A DNA stretch of 63,574 nucleotides, filler included, from Jimgerdemannia flammicorona (lineage: Eukaryota), in the NCBI GenBank assembly GCA_003990765.1. It is 3 parts of 3 records of this genome, joined end to end, with 100 filler letters (N's around TTAATTAATTAA, not from the genome) between each part and the next. Parts side by side here need not be neighbours in the genome. Positions count along the whole stretch, not along the records: positions 21,235 to 42,354 come from RBNJ01001525.1; 2 more parts are not named here. One strand, given 5' to 3'. Numbering within the stretch: the first letter of the stretch is position 1; each line of letters opens with the position of its first letter. The notes under the pieces are model-generated. The model had not been told where the DNA came from. It did not search any database and saw nothing but the letters and a program-made list of their open reading frames with translations. Made by a program: the position numbers and the translations under genes. This document shows, one piece after another, positions 25,396-37,670 of this stretch.

Positions 25396-28300
25396 ATCTT
25401 TCTCTAGTATAATTTGAATTATACAAACTTCTGACAATACTTTCAGTATCATTTTTAGAAAAAAGGTACTATTAATATAGCAACTGATGAGTGTTTTAAG
25501 AAGTATGCTAGGTAGGGAGACTTCAGTACATTTGACTAACAGTATATAGGAAAGAGTTATAGATTAGAAGAGAGTCTGTTGGGTACTCTCTCTGGTGAAT
25601 AAGAAGGTGGTCAAGGTGAGTCTAGTCAACAGGGGTCTGAGAGGATGAGCTTTACTAATAAGGTCAATATAGAGCATCTGGTGACTAGATTAGAGAAATG
25701 ACTGCAGAAGAACAAGAAGAAGAAGGGAGCTATAAAACTTAGTGAGGGAGCTCATAGTGGTAATAGCAGTAGGGCTAGAGGAGTAGAGACTGGAAGAAGT
25801 AAGATCATTGATAGAAAGAAGACTACTAATCTGAAAAAAAAAAATCCAGATGTAATAGCTGATAGTGAGACTGAGCTGAGAGGGGGTCTGAGGTCAGAAG
25901 ATCTGACTGATAGTATAACAGGTCTGGTGGCAGTACTGTTACTCAAGAAATCAATATTTGAATTTGCTATCACATTGTACTTCTGAGACTTAGTAGTTAT
26001 AGCCAAAATAGTTCTAGGGCTTTTAGTTTAGGAGATAAAAGAAGCAGTATTATTGAAGTTTTTGAAGAGTTTAGAAGAAGTAGAAGTAGACTTTGAGGAG
26101 AAGGAGTTGATGTTGAGAGTATTAGAAAATAGAGTAGTAGTGAGAAGAGTGACAATTTCTATAGCTTGATATCTATACTGAGACCCTCAGATAGTGCAGC
26201 TGGTGGTAGTGAATATATCTACAGTAAAGAAGGAGATAGCCAGAGGGTTGATTGTTAATGTTATCAAGGAATATGACAATGTGATAGATGTTAGATTCAG
26301 GGTCTGAGAGGGTATAGAGTTCAGGACTAATAATATGGATATTAGAGTAAGACTGACAGATAAGAAGAATACTGAAAAAGAAAGAGATTGGCTGATAGTA
26401 CTTAAGTAGAAGCTAGTGGAGTATAAGATCTCAGGAGTAAAATGGATATCAGAGGAGGAGAAGAACTTACTAGAGATATTGGAGGATCTGGCTGAGATAG
26501 TAGAGAAGAGATGACTGGCTTGAAAGGAGTTTGAAACTAAGATAGTAGTAGAAATTATAAATGGCAAGAGAGTGTATCTGAATCAGATAGCCTAAAAGAG
26601 GGTATAGAGGAGATAGCTTTAGTAAGAGTTATTAGCAAAGCTGAATGAGAAGGTAGCAGGAGAAAATACTATTAAAGGAGTTATATTACAGACCAGTGCT
26701 TAGGCTGGGAGAAGGGAGTAATATCTATAGTAGTTCTGGAGAAGAGTGGAGGCTCTGAGCAGAGTGTAGTGGTAGAGGATGAGGTAATAGTAGAGGAGGT
26801 ACAAATCCAGTATAATGTGCCCTCAGATAGAAGAAGACTAGATGAGTTACAGAATATGCTAAAGGAAGTCTGAAATGAGTCAGTAAGAATGAATGCTGAG
26901 AGAGGTCTGAGGGTTGGAGGGCAGAAGACAGCTCTTAATATTGATGAGACCATTGGTAAGGAGAGATAGTTATAAAAGATACTGATGAATATTATAGCTA
27001 ATAAGTTGAGCAAGATTGATTTCTATATAATTAGTAAGTGATACTAGAGAGAGATCCTACAAGGTGAAGAAGTAGTGAGGAAGCTTCAGGATGAGCTGAT
27101 AGTAGGGCTGTTGGAGGCAGAGAAGTATGAGGTAGATGGTAATAGAGAGGCAGCACTTCTGGGAATTATGAATAACTATGCAACATATCTATAGAGCCAT
27201 AGAAAGAGATTAGCAAAGTAGCAGGTAATATATAAGGAGTACTGGTCTAATATAAAAGCTGTAGATGGTAAGGACTATTGGGAGATCTTGGCAGCTCTGA
27301 ATATTCAGCAAGGAGAGACTGAGGAGCTTGAGGTAGAGAGGAATCTGGATATTACTGATGATATAATAAGTATGAAATTATAGAGTAGACAACTTCTCCT
27401 ATAACAATTATTTAATATAAATAGTACAACTAGAATTCTATCTTTAAACATCAATGGGTTACAGGGTGTAGTGAGATATAAGAATATTTTCTGCTGGTTA
27501 AAGAGGCTTAGTGCTCCCAATAAATCAAATCAAAGGTCTAATTTGAACCCTATTTTTCAAAATATAATAACTCAATGAATACATGTCCAAATTCAATAAT
27601 CTTTAGCTTATTAGATTTCTCTTATATAGAGGAATCTAACAAGCTAAAGATCATTGAATTTAGATATATATATTCATCAAGTTATTACATTTTGAAAAAT
27701 AGGATTCAAATTAAACTCTTAATTTAATTCAAACTTAATTTGAATTGAAAAATCCCCAATTGGATTTGATTTAAATAACTCTCAATTTGATTCAATTTGA
27801 ATTAATTCAATTCATTTAGAAGTACTAAGGGGCTGAATGTGAATCTGTTTCTGCTACAGGATGTTAGATATGATATAGACTTAGATATGCTAAACTAGAT
27901 AAGAGAATAGGATAGAGCAGCTGCTTGGTAGAGCTGAGTGGATATTTTGGTTAAGAAGAGCAAAGAAGATATTGGAGATATTGGACATTAAGGGGGCAGA
28001 GTGATATAGGGAGTATGGTAGAGACTAGGCTAGAGCTTCTTAACTATTGAGTCTTATTATTGCCCAGCAGAAAGGAGAGAGTATATAGAATAAATAAGAA
28101 GACTCTAAGATGCTAGAGTAATAATAGAGGCAGAATAGACTATTTGAGTGAGAACTTTAATATGATTTGAGATAAATAGTTGGACAGAACTGATAGAGGA
28201 AAAGAGATAACTGGAAGGAGTAGAGATATTGAGGGCTGAGAGGAGATTGAAAGATTGAGCTCTCTGGTGGATACAGGGTAACTTGGGTAAAGGAACTATT

Positions 28301-29712
28301 AGGTCTATACTTACTGGGTGACAGGGTTGTGCTTGAGAATTGACTAGATCTTAACTATAGAGTATTGGAGTAAAGATGTCTGGAGTTCTCTAAAGATGAT
28401 TTGGTATCTGTGGTCTGACTATTGAGATCTGCTAGATTGAGAGAGGTTCAGAGGAAGTGAAGAGAGATCTGGATATTAGTATCTAAATATCTTATTGCTG
28501 GGGAAGCCCTCATTATAGGATATATAAATGGTGAACATAAGTTCCAAGATTCTTAGCTAAAGAATGAGGGGGCTAGAGATCAGGAACTAATAGCAGTATT
28601 TGAAATCAGATACTCAAAGGTTCTGAGAGAAGATGAGAAAGATGAGGGGTAATGAGAGGAGAATTCAATTATAGTGAGTCTCTTGGAGATTAGAGAAGTT
28701 ATTAATCTAGACAGATTTGCTGAACAATGGGAAGGAGGAAGATTGAAGGATTCAGCAAATCTAATTTAAGATAGAGAAGCAGAAGGAAATACTAAAGCAA
28801 GAGAAGAATCTGCAGATAAAGAGTATTTATAATAGTAGAATATTAAAAAGGGAGAGTAACCTACAAAGTTCCTATCATAACTTCTTTAGGTAAGAAGAAT
28901 GAGGCAATAGTGAGAGAGAGTATTGAATGAGGTAGAAGAGATAGTAGTTGAAACCTCAGAGATCTTAGACTAGTTAAGTTTGAGATAAGGATATTTGTAG
29001 AGTGAGAAAAAAAGTAGAGAAGATATTCTGAACATTGAATAGTATCTGGAAAATTAATACTTAGACCTAACAGCAGATCTTAGAGATCTAAAAATATCTG
29101 TCTAAGGTGGGAAGATATGTAGGATTTTGACAACAACAAGTCTTAAGATAGTCTCTAAAAAAGATGACCTACATATTATGAGATTTTTGAAAAAAGATAG
29201 CAGGTATGAAGCTAGCTCTGAAGGAGATAATATAAATATGTGATAAAGTCATTAGATCAGGAGAGTGAATTGAGAGACAATAACTAGAGCTGATAGCTCT
29301 ATTGTATAAAAATAAGAAGAGATGAGAGAAGTGAAAAAACTGAAGACCAATTATACTTTTGGATATAGATTGCAAGCTAATTATAAAGATATTAGCAGCT
29401 AGGCTGTAAGGGGTGACTCAGCAGGTACTGGGGGCTAAACAGAGAGACTTTGTTAGGAGATATTTAATATAAGATAGAATAGTATAAAAACATAGAATTA
29501 TTGAAGGAGCATGGGTTGCAGGAGTAGATAAATCAGCTAGTTTTTCTAGACCAGGAGAAGATATATGACAGAGTTCAGTAAGTATAGCTGGCAGGAGTGC
29601 TAAAGCATATAAGCATTCTCCCAGAGTTCAGACAATCATTGATCAGACTATTAGAGAGAAGTCAGACAGCAATATTGGTTAATGGGCACAGAGGGGTTTC
29701 ATTTCCCCTACT
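25396..29712 (+). mobile_element. Very heavily mutated LINE family A (5' UTR to RT), 3'-truncated
   Basis: Collinear with the other copies. TGG to TAG and CAG to TAG changes throughout. Ends abruptly mid-RT without poly(A). Confidence 0.85.
27509..27827. mobile_element. hAT-like fold-back MITE, copy 1
   Basis: Ends TAGTGCTCCCAA / TTAGAAGTACTA. Flanks AGAGGCT / AGGGGCT. Central palindrome. Inserted in the LINE endonuclease region. Confidence 0.8.
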
Positions 29713-30116
29713 GCTGAGGTCAAGTTTGGTCAAATTTGTATTCTACTTTAAAATCCCAAGGATGATGCACACCCTATCACCAATGTTTTTTCCTAAAGAT
29801 GAAGAGGGATGAGGAATTAAGCATTGATGAGGGGCTTGATTTTTACAAACAATTGTTCACACAGTTTTGTCATACCAGAGAGATTCAACTCATTTGAGAT
29901 CATGTTCTGCTTCAAAGATTCGACTAGAGTTCTGGCCCCTTTGTCACCAATACCATTGTTTGAAAATAAATAGGATATGAGAAAATATGTGCAAATTATT
30001 TGCTTGATAATGTCAGACAGCTACAAACAATGGTTCACAAAATTCTGACATACTGGCTATGTTCTGCTTCAGAGGCTCGGCGAGGGCGTGCGACTCGTCA
30101 GTCTCAAGGTCTTTTT
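29713..30116 (-). pseudogene. Ribonuclease-inhibitor-like LRR exons (three short exons)
   Basis: KDLETDESHALAEPLKQN, NNGIGDKGARTLVESLKQNMISNELNLS and KNIGDRVCIILGILK*NTNLTKLDL, with GTATG donors and one stop. Confidence 0.7.
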
Positions 30117-30311
30117 CTAACATAGGTTAATAATCAATATACATGAACTGGCAGTTAGCTGTAAGTATGTAAGCTCTGCAGTGACCATCTCACTCACCAC
30201 CATTACCTTTGATATTACCATGGTCCGAATGATGGGAGGTGAAGCAAAAACACAAATACCCATTAGTTTGCAAATGTTAATATGATAAACAGTGGACAAT
30301 GATGCAACATA

Positions 30312-30530
30312 CCTAGACTTAATTGTCGCACAGGAGTGACAAGCGCCGACAGTAAGTGTTTTTCCGTGCTTAGGCATGGGAGTGACAAGCGCCGATAGCG
30401 AGTGCTTTTCCGTGCCTAGACTTAGTTCCCGCACGGGAGTGACAAGCGCCAATAGTGAGTGCTTTTCCGTGCATAGACTTAGTTCTCACACGGGAGTGAC
30501 AAGCGCCGATAGTGAGTGCTCTTCTGTGAT
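30312..30530. repeat. 57-bp coding minisatellite (about 4 units)
   Basis: GGAGTGACAAGCGCC at 30333, 30379, 30436 and 30493 (spacings 46, 57, 57). Confidence 0.9.
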
Positions 30531-30831
30531 CCATTTGAGTTGTGTAGAATTTACTGCTGACGACACTGCTATTTCGGGATTCCAACATTTGCTGATAGAT
30601 GGCCCGTCAGGGGGTGGGGCCCCCAGGGCCTGGTGGAAGGAATTTGTGAGAAGAGTCATGGGCGGGTCACAGTGGTTAATGGTATGGTTGTGTTTGAAAA
30701 GGTGGGAGTGGGGGAGAGGGAGTGTGTTGGGATGGGATAGAGTTGGGTGGGTTAGGTTGGGACTGCCTGTGTGGTATGGGGACCTTGTGTTTGTTATAGA
30801 CTAGTTAATAAAGTATGAGAGTCTAAGTAAC

Positions 30832-30885
<54 letters not shown>

Positions 30886-32030
30886 TAGATGGCCCGTCGT
30901 CCGATGAAGAATGATTCTATCTCGGGTGAAAATGGCATTGGTGCAATTGCAAGCCGTCCCAAAATTGGTTGCAAGACAGGAGAAATCCCAACTAAATCAG
31001 CTGCACATTCGATCAACTGATTGTAGACTTGAAGAGAGCTTGGCCGCTGGTCAGGGTCGTGGTGCCAGCAGCTCCTAATGATATTGTTGAAAGCCGTTAG
31101 TGCACCAGGAATCATCTGTTCGCGGAGGCCATCCGGATTTCTGGCAACAGCTGTCGATGCAACGCCTCGTGGTGGGACGCCAACGATCAGCTGCCACAGT
31201 AGTGTTTCCAAGCAGTAGACATCTGATTCTGTGTATACTCCTTTTCCTCGAAGATCTCTGGAGGGATATATTCTATCCGACCATATACACCCATCCTCGA
31301 GATGTGCCTCTTCCACAGAACGGCTAAGGCCAACATCAATCAAAAGCGTGGTGTGAGATTTGTGGAATACTACGTTGCCGCCGTGGAGATCCTCATGGCT
31401 GAAACCCATATGATGGAGACTGACCAGGCACCTGGTGAGTTTTATGGCATATGTTAAAGCTGTGAACCAATCACCATCTTGTTCGCATGGCTGATTCTCG
31501 AGAGTACCCAGGTCAGCAAACTGCATAACCATCAGATCTCCGCAGTGACTCAAGTAAACATTCAACACTAACTATGTTGGTGGGATGAAGACATAGCAGG
31601 GTTACTGATAAGTGAGCTATGTGGAAAATATAACATATATTACACCAACTGCATCTCACCTCTGCAACCATTGATGACTTTAATTCTTTGCCGGCCACCT
31701 GGTACACTATTGACTTCACATGAACATATGCCTGGTAAACTTTGGCAAACCCTCCTTCGGCAATTAGTTGAACATCATATAGCTTATTGGGCGGAATCCA
31801 GGTAAGGTATGGCTCCAGCTGGGACACGCCCAAGGTGTCGAGGCAGGTGCGGAGTTCTTGGTCATAGCGGGAATACCGATTCTTCCATGCCAAGATTTCT
31901 GTTTTGTGGGTTCTGTGCAGTTCGTTCCAGGGCTTGATTCGAGCCAGCAGGTTTTGCAGGCGGGTGTGGGCAGACATATTCCCAAGCGATTTCTTGATAC
32001 AAAGACAGGTGTTTCGAGATATGTCACCAA
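30531..32030 (-). pseudogene. TKL-like protein kinase pseudogene interrupted by a LINE fragment
   Basis: IAEGGFAKVY, VAGKEL, HEDLHGGNV, DVGLS, SDVY and CWHHDPDQRPS motifs. Intron near 31618-31660. Frameshifts. Confidence 0.85.
30609..30883 (+). mobile_element. 5'-truncated LINE (275 bp including poly(A))
   Basis: Perfect 15-bp TSD GATAGATGGCCCGTC (30594-30608 / 30884-30898) and the family 3' motif GAGTCTAAGTAACTATA. Confidence 0.95.
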
Positions 32031-32999
32031 GGACGCATGCCGTTGCGATTTTAATCTATTATATCACAGCCATAAAAAAAAAAACAAAAGATGAGACGGT
32101 TTTTCGACATATGAGGCAAGATTGAGGTTATGGTCAATTTGTGACTAGATGATTATTAATGTAGATATCAAAAATAAAATCGTAACATCCTGTTTTTTTT
32201 TTAATCATACTAAGCCACCAGAAGTAACGTTATCTTGGCCTTTGGCACATAAGACGTCTTCTTGCTAAGCTCGCTCTTTGCATACTCAACGACTATGCGC
32301 CTCATGAAGTTCCCCTCCCTCCTCCCCTTCAAGCATGTACTTGGGCCAGTTTCCTCTGTGAGGATTGACCTTCACGCGAATTCGCCCAACACATACACAC
32401 ACTCTTAAAGATATTCCACTCGCATTGGGGCAATATGCATTGAGAGCGTTCTTTATGATGCAGCTTGAGGTTGATCTGCTCTTAGGTTATTCCTTAAGCA
32501 CGCTATTTACGGAACCATCATGCATTATGTCACGGTTTTTTTGGGTGTACCATGTGAGCTTTGGAAATTAACCGACTGACATCATGTGCGATAAGGCCCC
32601 AAGGTTCGAGGACGACTGGCGATTATTGGAGATGGTGGGATGGATTTAGAAGCAGGGCCTTTACGAGGTTGCGAGGATAGAAAAGAATGTATGGAACGTG
32701 CGAAAAGTAGTAGTTTTTTTTTTTTTTTTTTGACTGGAATTGAAATTCGAACAGTTATCAAAATCCAGGAATCGTAACCAATGAGAACCCCGCGCTCTCG
32801 ACAACCGACACTAGCCCACCTAATGTCAAGTTGGCACTTTTTTATGAACTCGGTCAAGGACCCCATAAGATGACAGCAATAAAAAAAGGTCCCTTACTGA
32901 GCCGACGGACCCACATCCGCCATCGCTAGAGGGCGATTCAACCGGCCGAATTGGATATCTCATCTGCGCCGATGGTGGGAGAGCTTGCACGCGGCTGTC

Positions 33000-34353
33000 C
33001 GTCAATGTCTTGCGAAACAAAGCTGAATTTCCAGCTCCAGTTCCCTTGGCAGCGGGTCGCATAACGCTGTGCGAGTCGGCGACAAGTTTAGGGTCCACGA
33101 GCTTGAAGTTCTTGTCTCCCGGTCCGACGGGTGCGTCGAACGCGATGTTATTGGACCAGGTAGTGTCGACGAGGGTGAGTTCCGGGAACTTGATGAGGTT
33201 CTTCCCTGCGGATCCGTAAAAGATATTGTTGGCGAAAACGGTGTTTCGAACGGACGTCCTTGTCCCAATACTACCGAACCCGACGGTGACGCCGCCGAGG
33301 AAGGTATTGAATGCGATGGTGGAGTCCTGGACCGTGGCGTGACCGTCCTCGCCGCCCCCGACAATAAGTGCTTGGTTGAGGTGTAGTCCCGCGGATATCG
33401 ACGTAATTGTTCCAGGCGCGGTGACTGTAGCCGTACATGCGGATTCCATGCGCGCCTTCGAACCCGTCGCCGAAGATGAAGTTCCCGTACACGTCCGTCC
33501 CGTTCCCGTCACGCAAGTTGAGGCTTCCCGTACATCCACGGAAGGTGTTATATCGGACTTTGCATCCGCCCCACTTGAGGCTGAAGTATTCGTTGTCGCC
33601 TTGCGCCTTTAAGATGAGAGTGTACTGGGTGATGGTCGGGCTGTGGACACGGATGGTGTCCATACCATTGGAAACGATTGGGCCGACGTCGTGAAGGTAA
33701 TTGCGGTCGATCATATTGTTGATAGAGTCGTAGATGTCAAGCGGGTTGCCGTTCTGGCATTTTGGGCCGATGTTGTTGTGGGCAATGTGAACGTTCTTGC
33801 CGCCGAAGTCGACGGAGATTAGGTACGACTTTGTGGTAGCTACACCGGTTTCTTTTGTGCTGATGGTGCTGCGCGAGAGACGGGAAGTAATGATATTTCG
33901 AACGCGGACGGCGAACCACAGTCCATGGGAGATATAAACTTGATGCCTTCTATAAAGATATACGCCGAATCGTGGACCAGAATCATGTCGCTTAAAATCA
34001 ATGCCTTGCCGACGTTCTGGGCCTTGATCTGGATCGGTTTCCCAGAGACATCCTTGACGCCCTGAAGCGTGAATCCATTGTACTGGCCGTCCGCGAGGTT
34101 CACGCATGTACCTGGCGCAAGGTTCTTTAGGGTGGTCTGGAGGTTATTTTTATTGTCCATATTTACAGTCTTCGTGCACGCCGGCATGGGGTCTATCAGA
34201 TGACCCGCGGGAACGGCATCGTCAAGACCACTTGAGACGCCTTTTGCTACCCAGACCACTGGATTGCATTTTGTGAGCGGCCGGCCTTGCATTGATCGGG
34301 TTCGTCAGCAAGGTGAGAAAGTGCCGTCGGGAGGATCTTGTGGTGTAGGGCAT
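33000..34353 (-). pseudogene. Polysaccharide lyase family 6 (chondroitinase B / alginate lyase-like beta-helix), frameshifted, intronless
   Basis: APGTCVNLADGQY..KPIQIKAQNVGKA, NGMDTIR, DNEYFSLK, RYNTF..GSLNLRDGN, GIRMYG and TIAFNTF/FANNIF across three overlapping frames. Confidence 0.8.
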
Positions 34354-35637
34354 TTTGAATCTCGATGGATAGTGTAGTTCTGCTTGTGATGTCTGTGATG
34401 CCTGTGATGCTTTTATAACCATAACATTAGCGAGAGATATCGGCCCATACAACAGCCGTGGGTACAATGCTGACATTATAACAGGTGTCTTGTAAAATAA
34501 TGCTAGCCAATCAGATGCGAGATCCCCAATTACTAAATAATGTAAAGGACCTCAAATTGTACTATTTATATACGTATATATGCGTAACGTTTTGTTTTCA
34601 TTTCAGCAGGTGCACAATTAGTTTGCAGGCAAAATTATTACCAATCATTATTATTAAGCCGTTCAAAGTGCTTTGACATTCAGATTCTTTCACGTATATC
34701 CAACCTCAACAGCCGACATGTGAGAAGGGCTGATAGCTTACGCACCCCTGGTAGAACGTCTTGTTCAAAATAGGCCGTTGAGACTCAGTGTTCGCCTCAT
34801 CGCACTGACACGTGGGTTCTGAAAAAGGAAATTCTCATAAAGCGATGGTCAGACTGACCGAGAGAAGTGGCTAGATATGGCATAGGAAGTTGACGGGTAC
34901 ATGTAATTTACGTATGCAGAATCCGGATCTCCGTAATTTCGCATGTGGCTGGATCAGTGAATTTGACCAATCATCCCAAAATGAGGCGTAGATCACATGC
35001 GATGGCGCTTAGGCGATGTGTCATCTAACAGCATGCCAACCATCGTTAGCAAAGCAATTTTGTGACGACGTCAAAACAGTGAAGGCCCCGCGAGGGTCAC
35101 TTATCGAGCCGTATAATCCAGGAGGAAACAACAACAATGATGCACGTTTAGATATACGTGGATGCAACGATATTCGATTACTCCACAATGCCGATAATGA
35201 TTCCTGATTAGGGCGGTTGTCGCAATTTTTTTACATTCACAATGTTACGACGTTACGAAGTTTGATTGTGAAGATACAAATTGCAGATACTATTTTCCTG
35301 CCATACTGTCTACATAAGTTGTCATATTGCAATCTCAACCAACGGAGAATATAATTAATCCCTTCCGGTATGCTTGTCATTATTCTTATCGTTTTCCCGG
35401 CTTTCAAATATCGTGCTATATGCCTTTTTCATCTCCTGCCCTTTCTGTCCTCCACCATGTCCAGCGTCATCGGCGTTCGGTTTCCGTCTACATTTTCCGA
35501 GGCCATACTGTAATTCTTTTTTGCTGACACGTTGATAACAATATCCAGATTAACTTAGACATTGAACGTTCTCTTGATCATATGTCGGTTTTTTCTTTTT
35601 ATTATTTTTCTTTCTTTTTCTGGTACACCCCGAAACA

Positions 35638-36870
35638 TGACAATATTGAACGAACCATTCCAAAAGGGATGTATCGTACCATTCTCGATTACAATCACAA
35701 CATTGAGGGTTGATTGGACGACGACAAATGGCAATCTACACCAACGGAAACTCCGGGAAACGGTGATAGGAAATGCGCAGGATCACGAAGTTCATTGATT
35801 CATTTGTAGATTTCTCTCTTGTGCACCAAGCACACCCGCGTAATTCACGTACGTCGTATTCTTGCCTTGCCCTCGTCCCACCCATCAATACCCTCTTTCA
35901 GGCCATGATAGCGATTTTATTGCGATCAGCAGTATCGGTGATGACGGGCAGAATGTACCCTCTGCATCTTCATACATAAAATACCCAATAATTATGATAA
36001 ATTCGTTTGCAAACATAATACCAAAGTCATATCTAGCTCTAAATCCTCTAGCTATGTACATGTTACTCTTCAAAGCTATGGAAAACCAAAGGCACACTGG
36101 TATTCGACAGAACTCCATCGTACGTAATGGCTATGATGAATTGGTGCTGCACCTAGAACCAGATGAATATCTCTTTAAGTTTTCAGTCGAACGGGTCTGT
36201 CGTTTATGTATTTAACCCTTTTCAAGAGCTGGCGGTGCTTAACTCACCTTGCAACCGTTTACTTCCATCTGTATCTTTCAGGGATACTACAATGAAATGA
36301 TGGTTCGGGCCCCTTCTCTACATAATCGGACATCCATAATCTAGAGTGGCGTACCCGTCCACTGATGTATCGCTATCACCTGCCCCGTCTCAAGACGGAC
36401 GACGACGCGACCCCTACCTAGAATCAACAACTCGGGAGAGTTTGGCCAGTTGCACTGTTAAGATGGCTAGCCAACAACCGAGTTAGCACTCCCGAGGATC
36501 TACTTAGAGTAACAACGGGCTGTCTTATGTTATTATGTGCGCCCACCAAAACGCAGTGGGGTCAACAAAGGCCGAAACGAAGTTTTCATCGTATTGGTTG
36601 TTTAGGCCTGTCTCCCGCGGCTTGGACGATGGACGATCCGAAATACCCCCTCATACTGCTTCTGGTCTAGTTATAGTAGTTATAATTCATTGAAAGCGGA
36701 TATTACTACGCATCTGACGAACGTCGACCCTCAGCCTACATACAGTATGTGAACGAGAACGCGGGCCTTTGTTCTGAAACCAATGCCTATAATTGGAGGG
36801 GACGTTCATTCATCTTGTACTATGAGTGCGCAAAACTGAGTTCCCATTACGTCGATAGACAAACTTAATT
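35638..36870 (+). pseudogene. Decayed intron-containing gene of unknown function (one segment weakly jacalin-like)
   Basis: 117-aa ORF ending LHLEPDEYLFKFSVE followed by a GTCTGT...TTTCAG intron. Broken frames elsewhere. Confidence 0.3.
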
Positions 36871-37482
36871 AATAATGGAGTATTTCTGAATAAAAAGTAA
36901 ACCGTTTGAATAAATATTGGTGTGACACTCATAGGTCTGTATAACATTATACTAAGGGAGCATGCGAAACCACCATGTCTTAGGTTGGGAAGAAGTACAC
37001 GAAATCACCACGTCCTAGTGAATAGCGGCTCCATAAGACAATGACAGCAATATTCTTTGACTTCGTTAGATAGTGAGTGAATAAGAATAGTATGTGTTCC
37101 GCGCCACTCGGCCAAATCCAGTTCACTTAAAGAGGCCATAAAAACTCAGTTTTGCGCACTCATAGTATCTCCCAAGATGCTTATTATTCCAAATTCACAG
37201 GCACAAAAGTCTGCTCTTAGCAATGCGGCCGGGCGTTTCCAAAAAAAGTTTTTTTGTTTGCAGCACAACCAAGTATTTTTGCGCCATGTGGGAAGAGGTA
37301 CAAGTAGAGATATCGGGACAAGCTTTGCTCTTGTGTGTGTGTCACAACTGCGATTGCACCCCTCGCAATGAACCACCCAAAGTTGGGGATTGTACATACC
37401 AACCCCGAGTCCGATAAGCACAACCTGCAACTGATTAATCATGCAACTGTTGAACTTGTTTCGAAACGAGCTCGCGGATAAG

Positions 37483-37513
<31 letters not shown>

Positions 37514-37574
37514 ACGCTTAACCCCACTATCCCACCCACATTATGTAACATGGCGGGCTTTTTCACGGTCTGTA

Positions 37575-37670
37575 CTATGCAAACACAATTGAAATAGCCA
37601 CAAACAAAACCTATTGTATAATAAGATATGTGTAGGTTTTGTTTATGGCCATTTCAATTGTGTTGCATAG
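37575..37670. mobile_element. Tiny fold-back element flanked by TA (Tc1/mariner-type MITE candidate)
   Basis: About 40-bp imperfect inverted arms CTATGCAAACACAATTGAAAT... / ...ATTTCAATTGTGTTGCATAG, with TA on both sides. Confidence 0.6.

Noticed and set aside
30312..30530. CRISPR-like repeat-spacer array
   Set aside because: The would-be spacers are near-identical to each other and the period is 57 bp (19 codons). It is a coding minisatellite in a eukaryote with no cas genes.
37483..37510. Poly(A) run as a possible retrocopy tail
   Set aside because: No LINE 3' motif upstream and no clear TSD.
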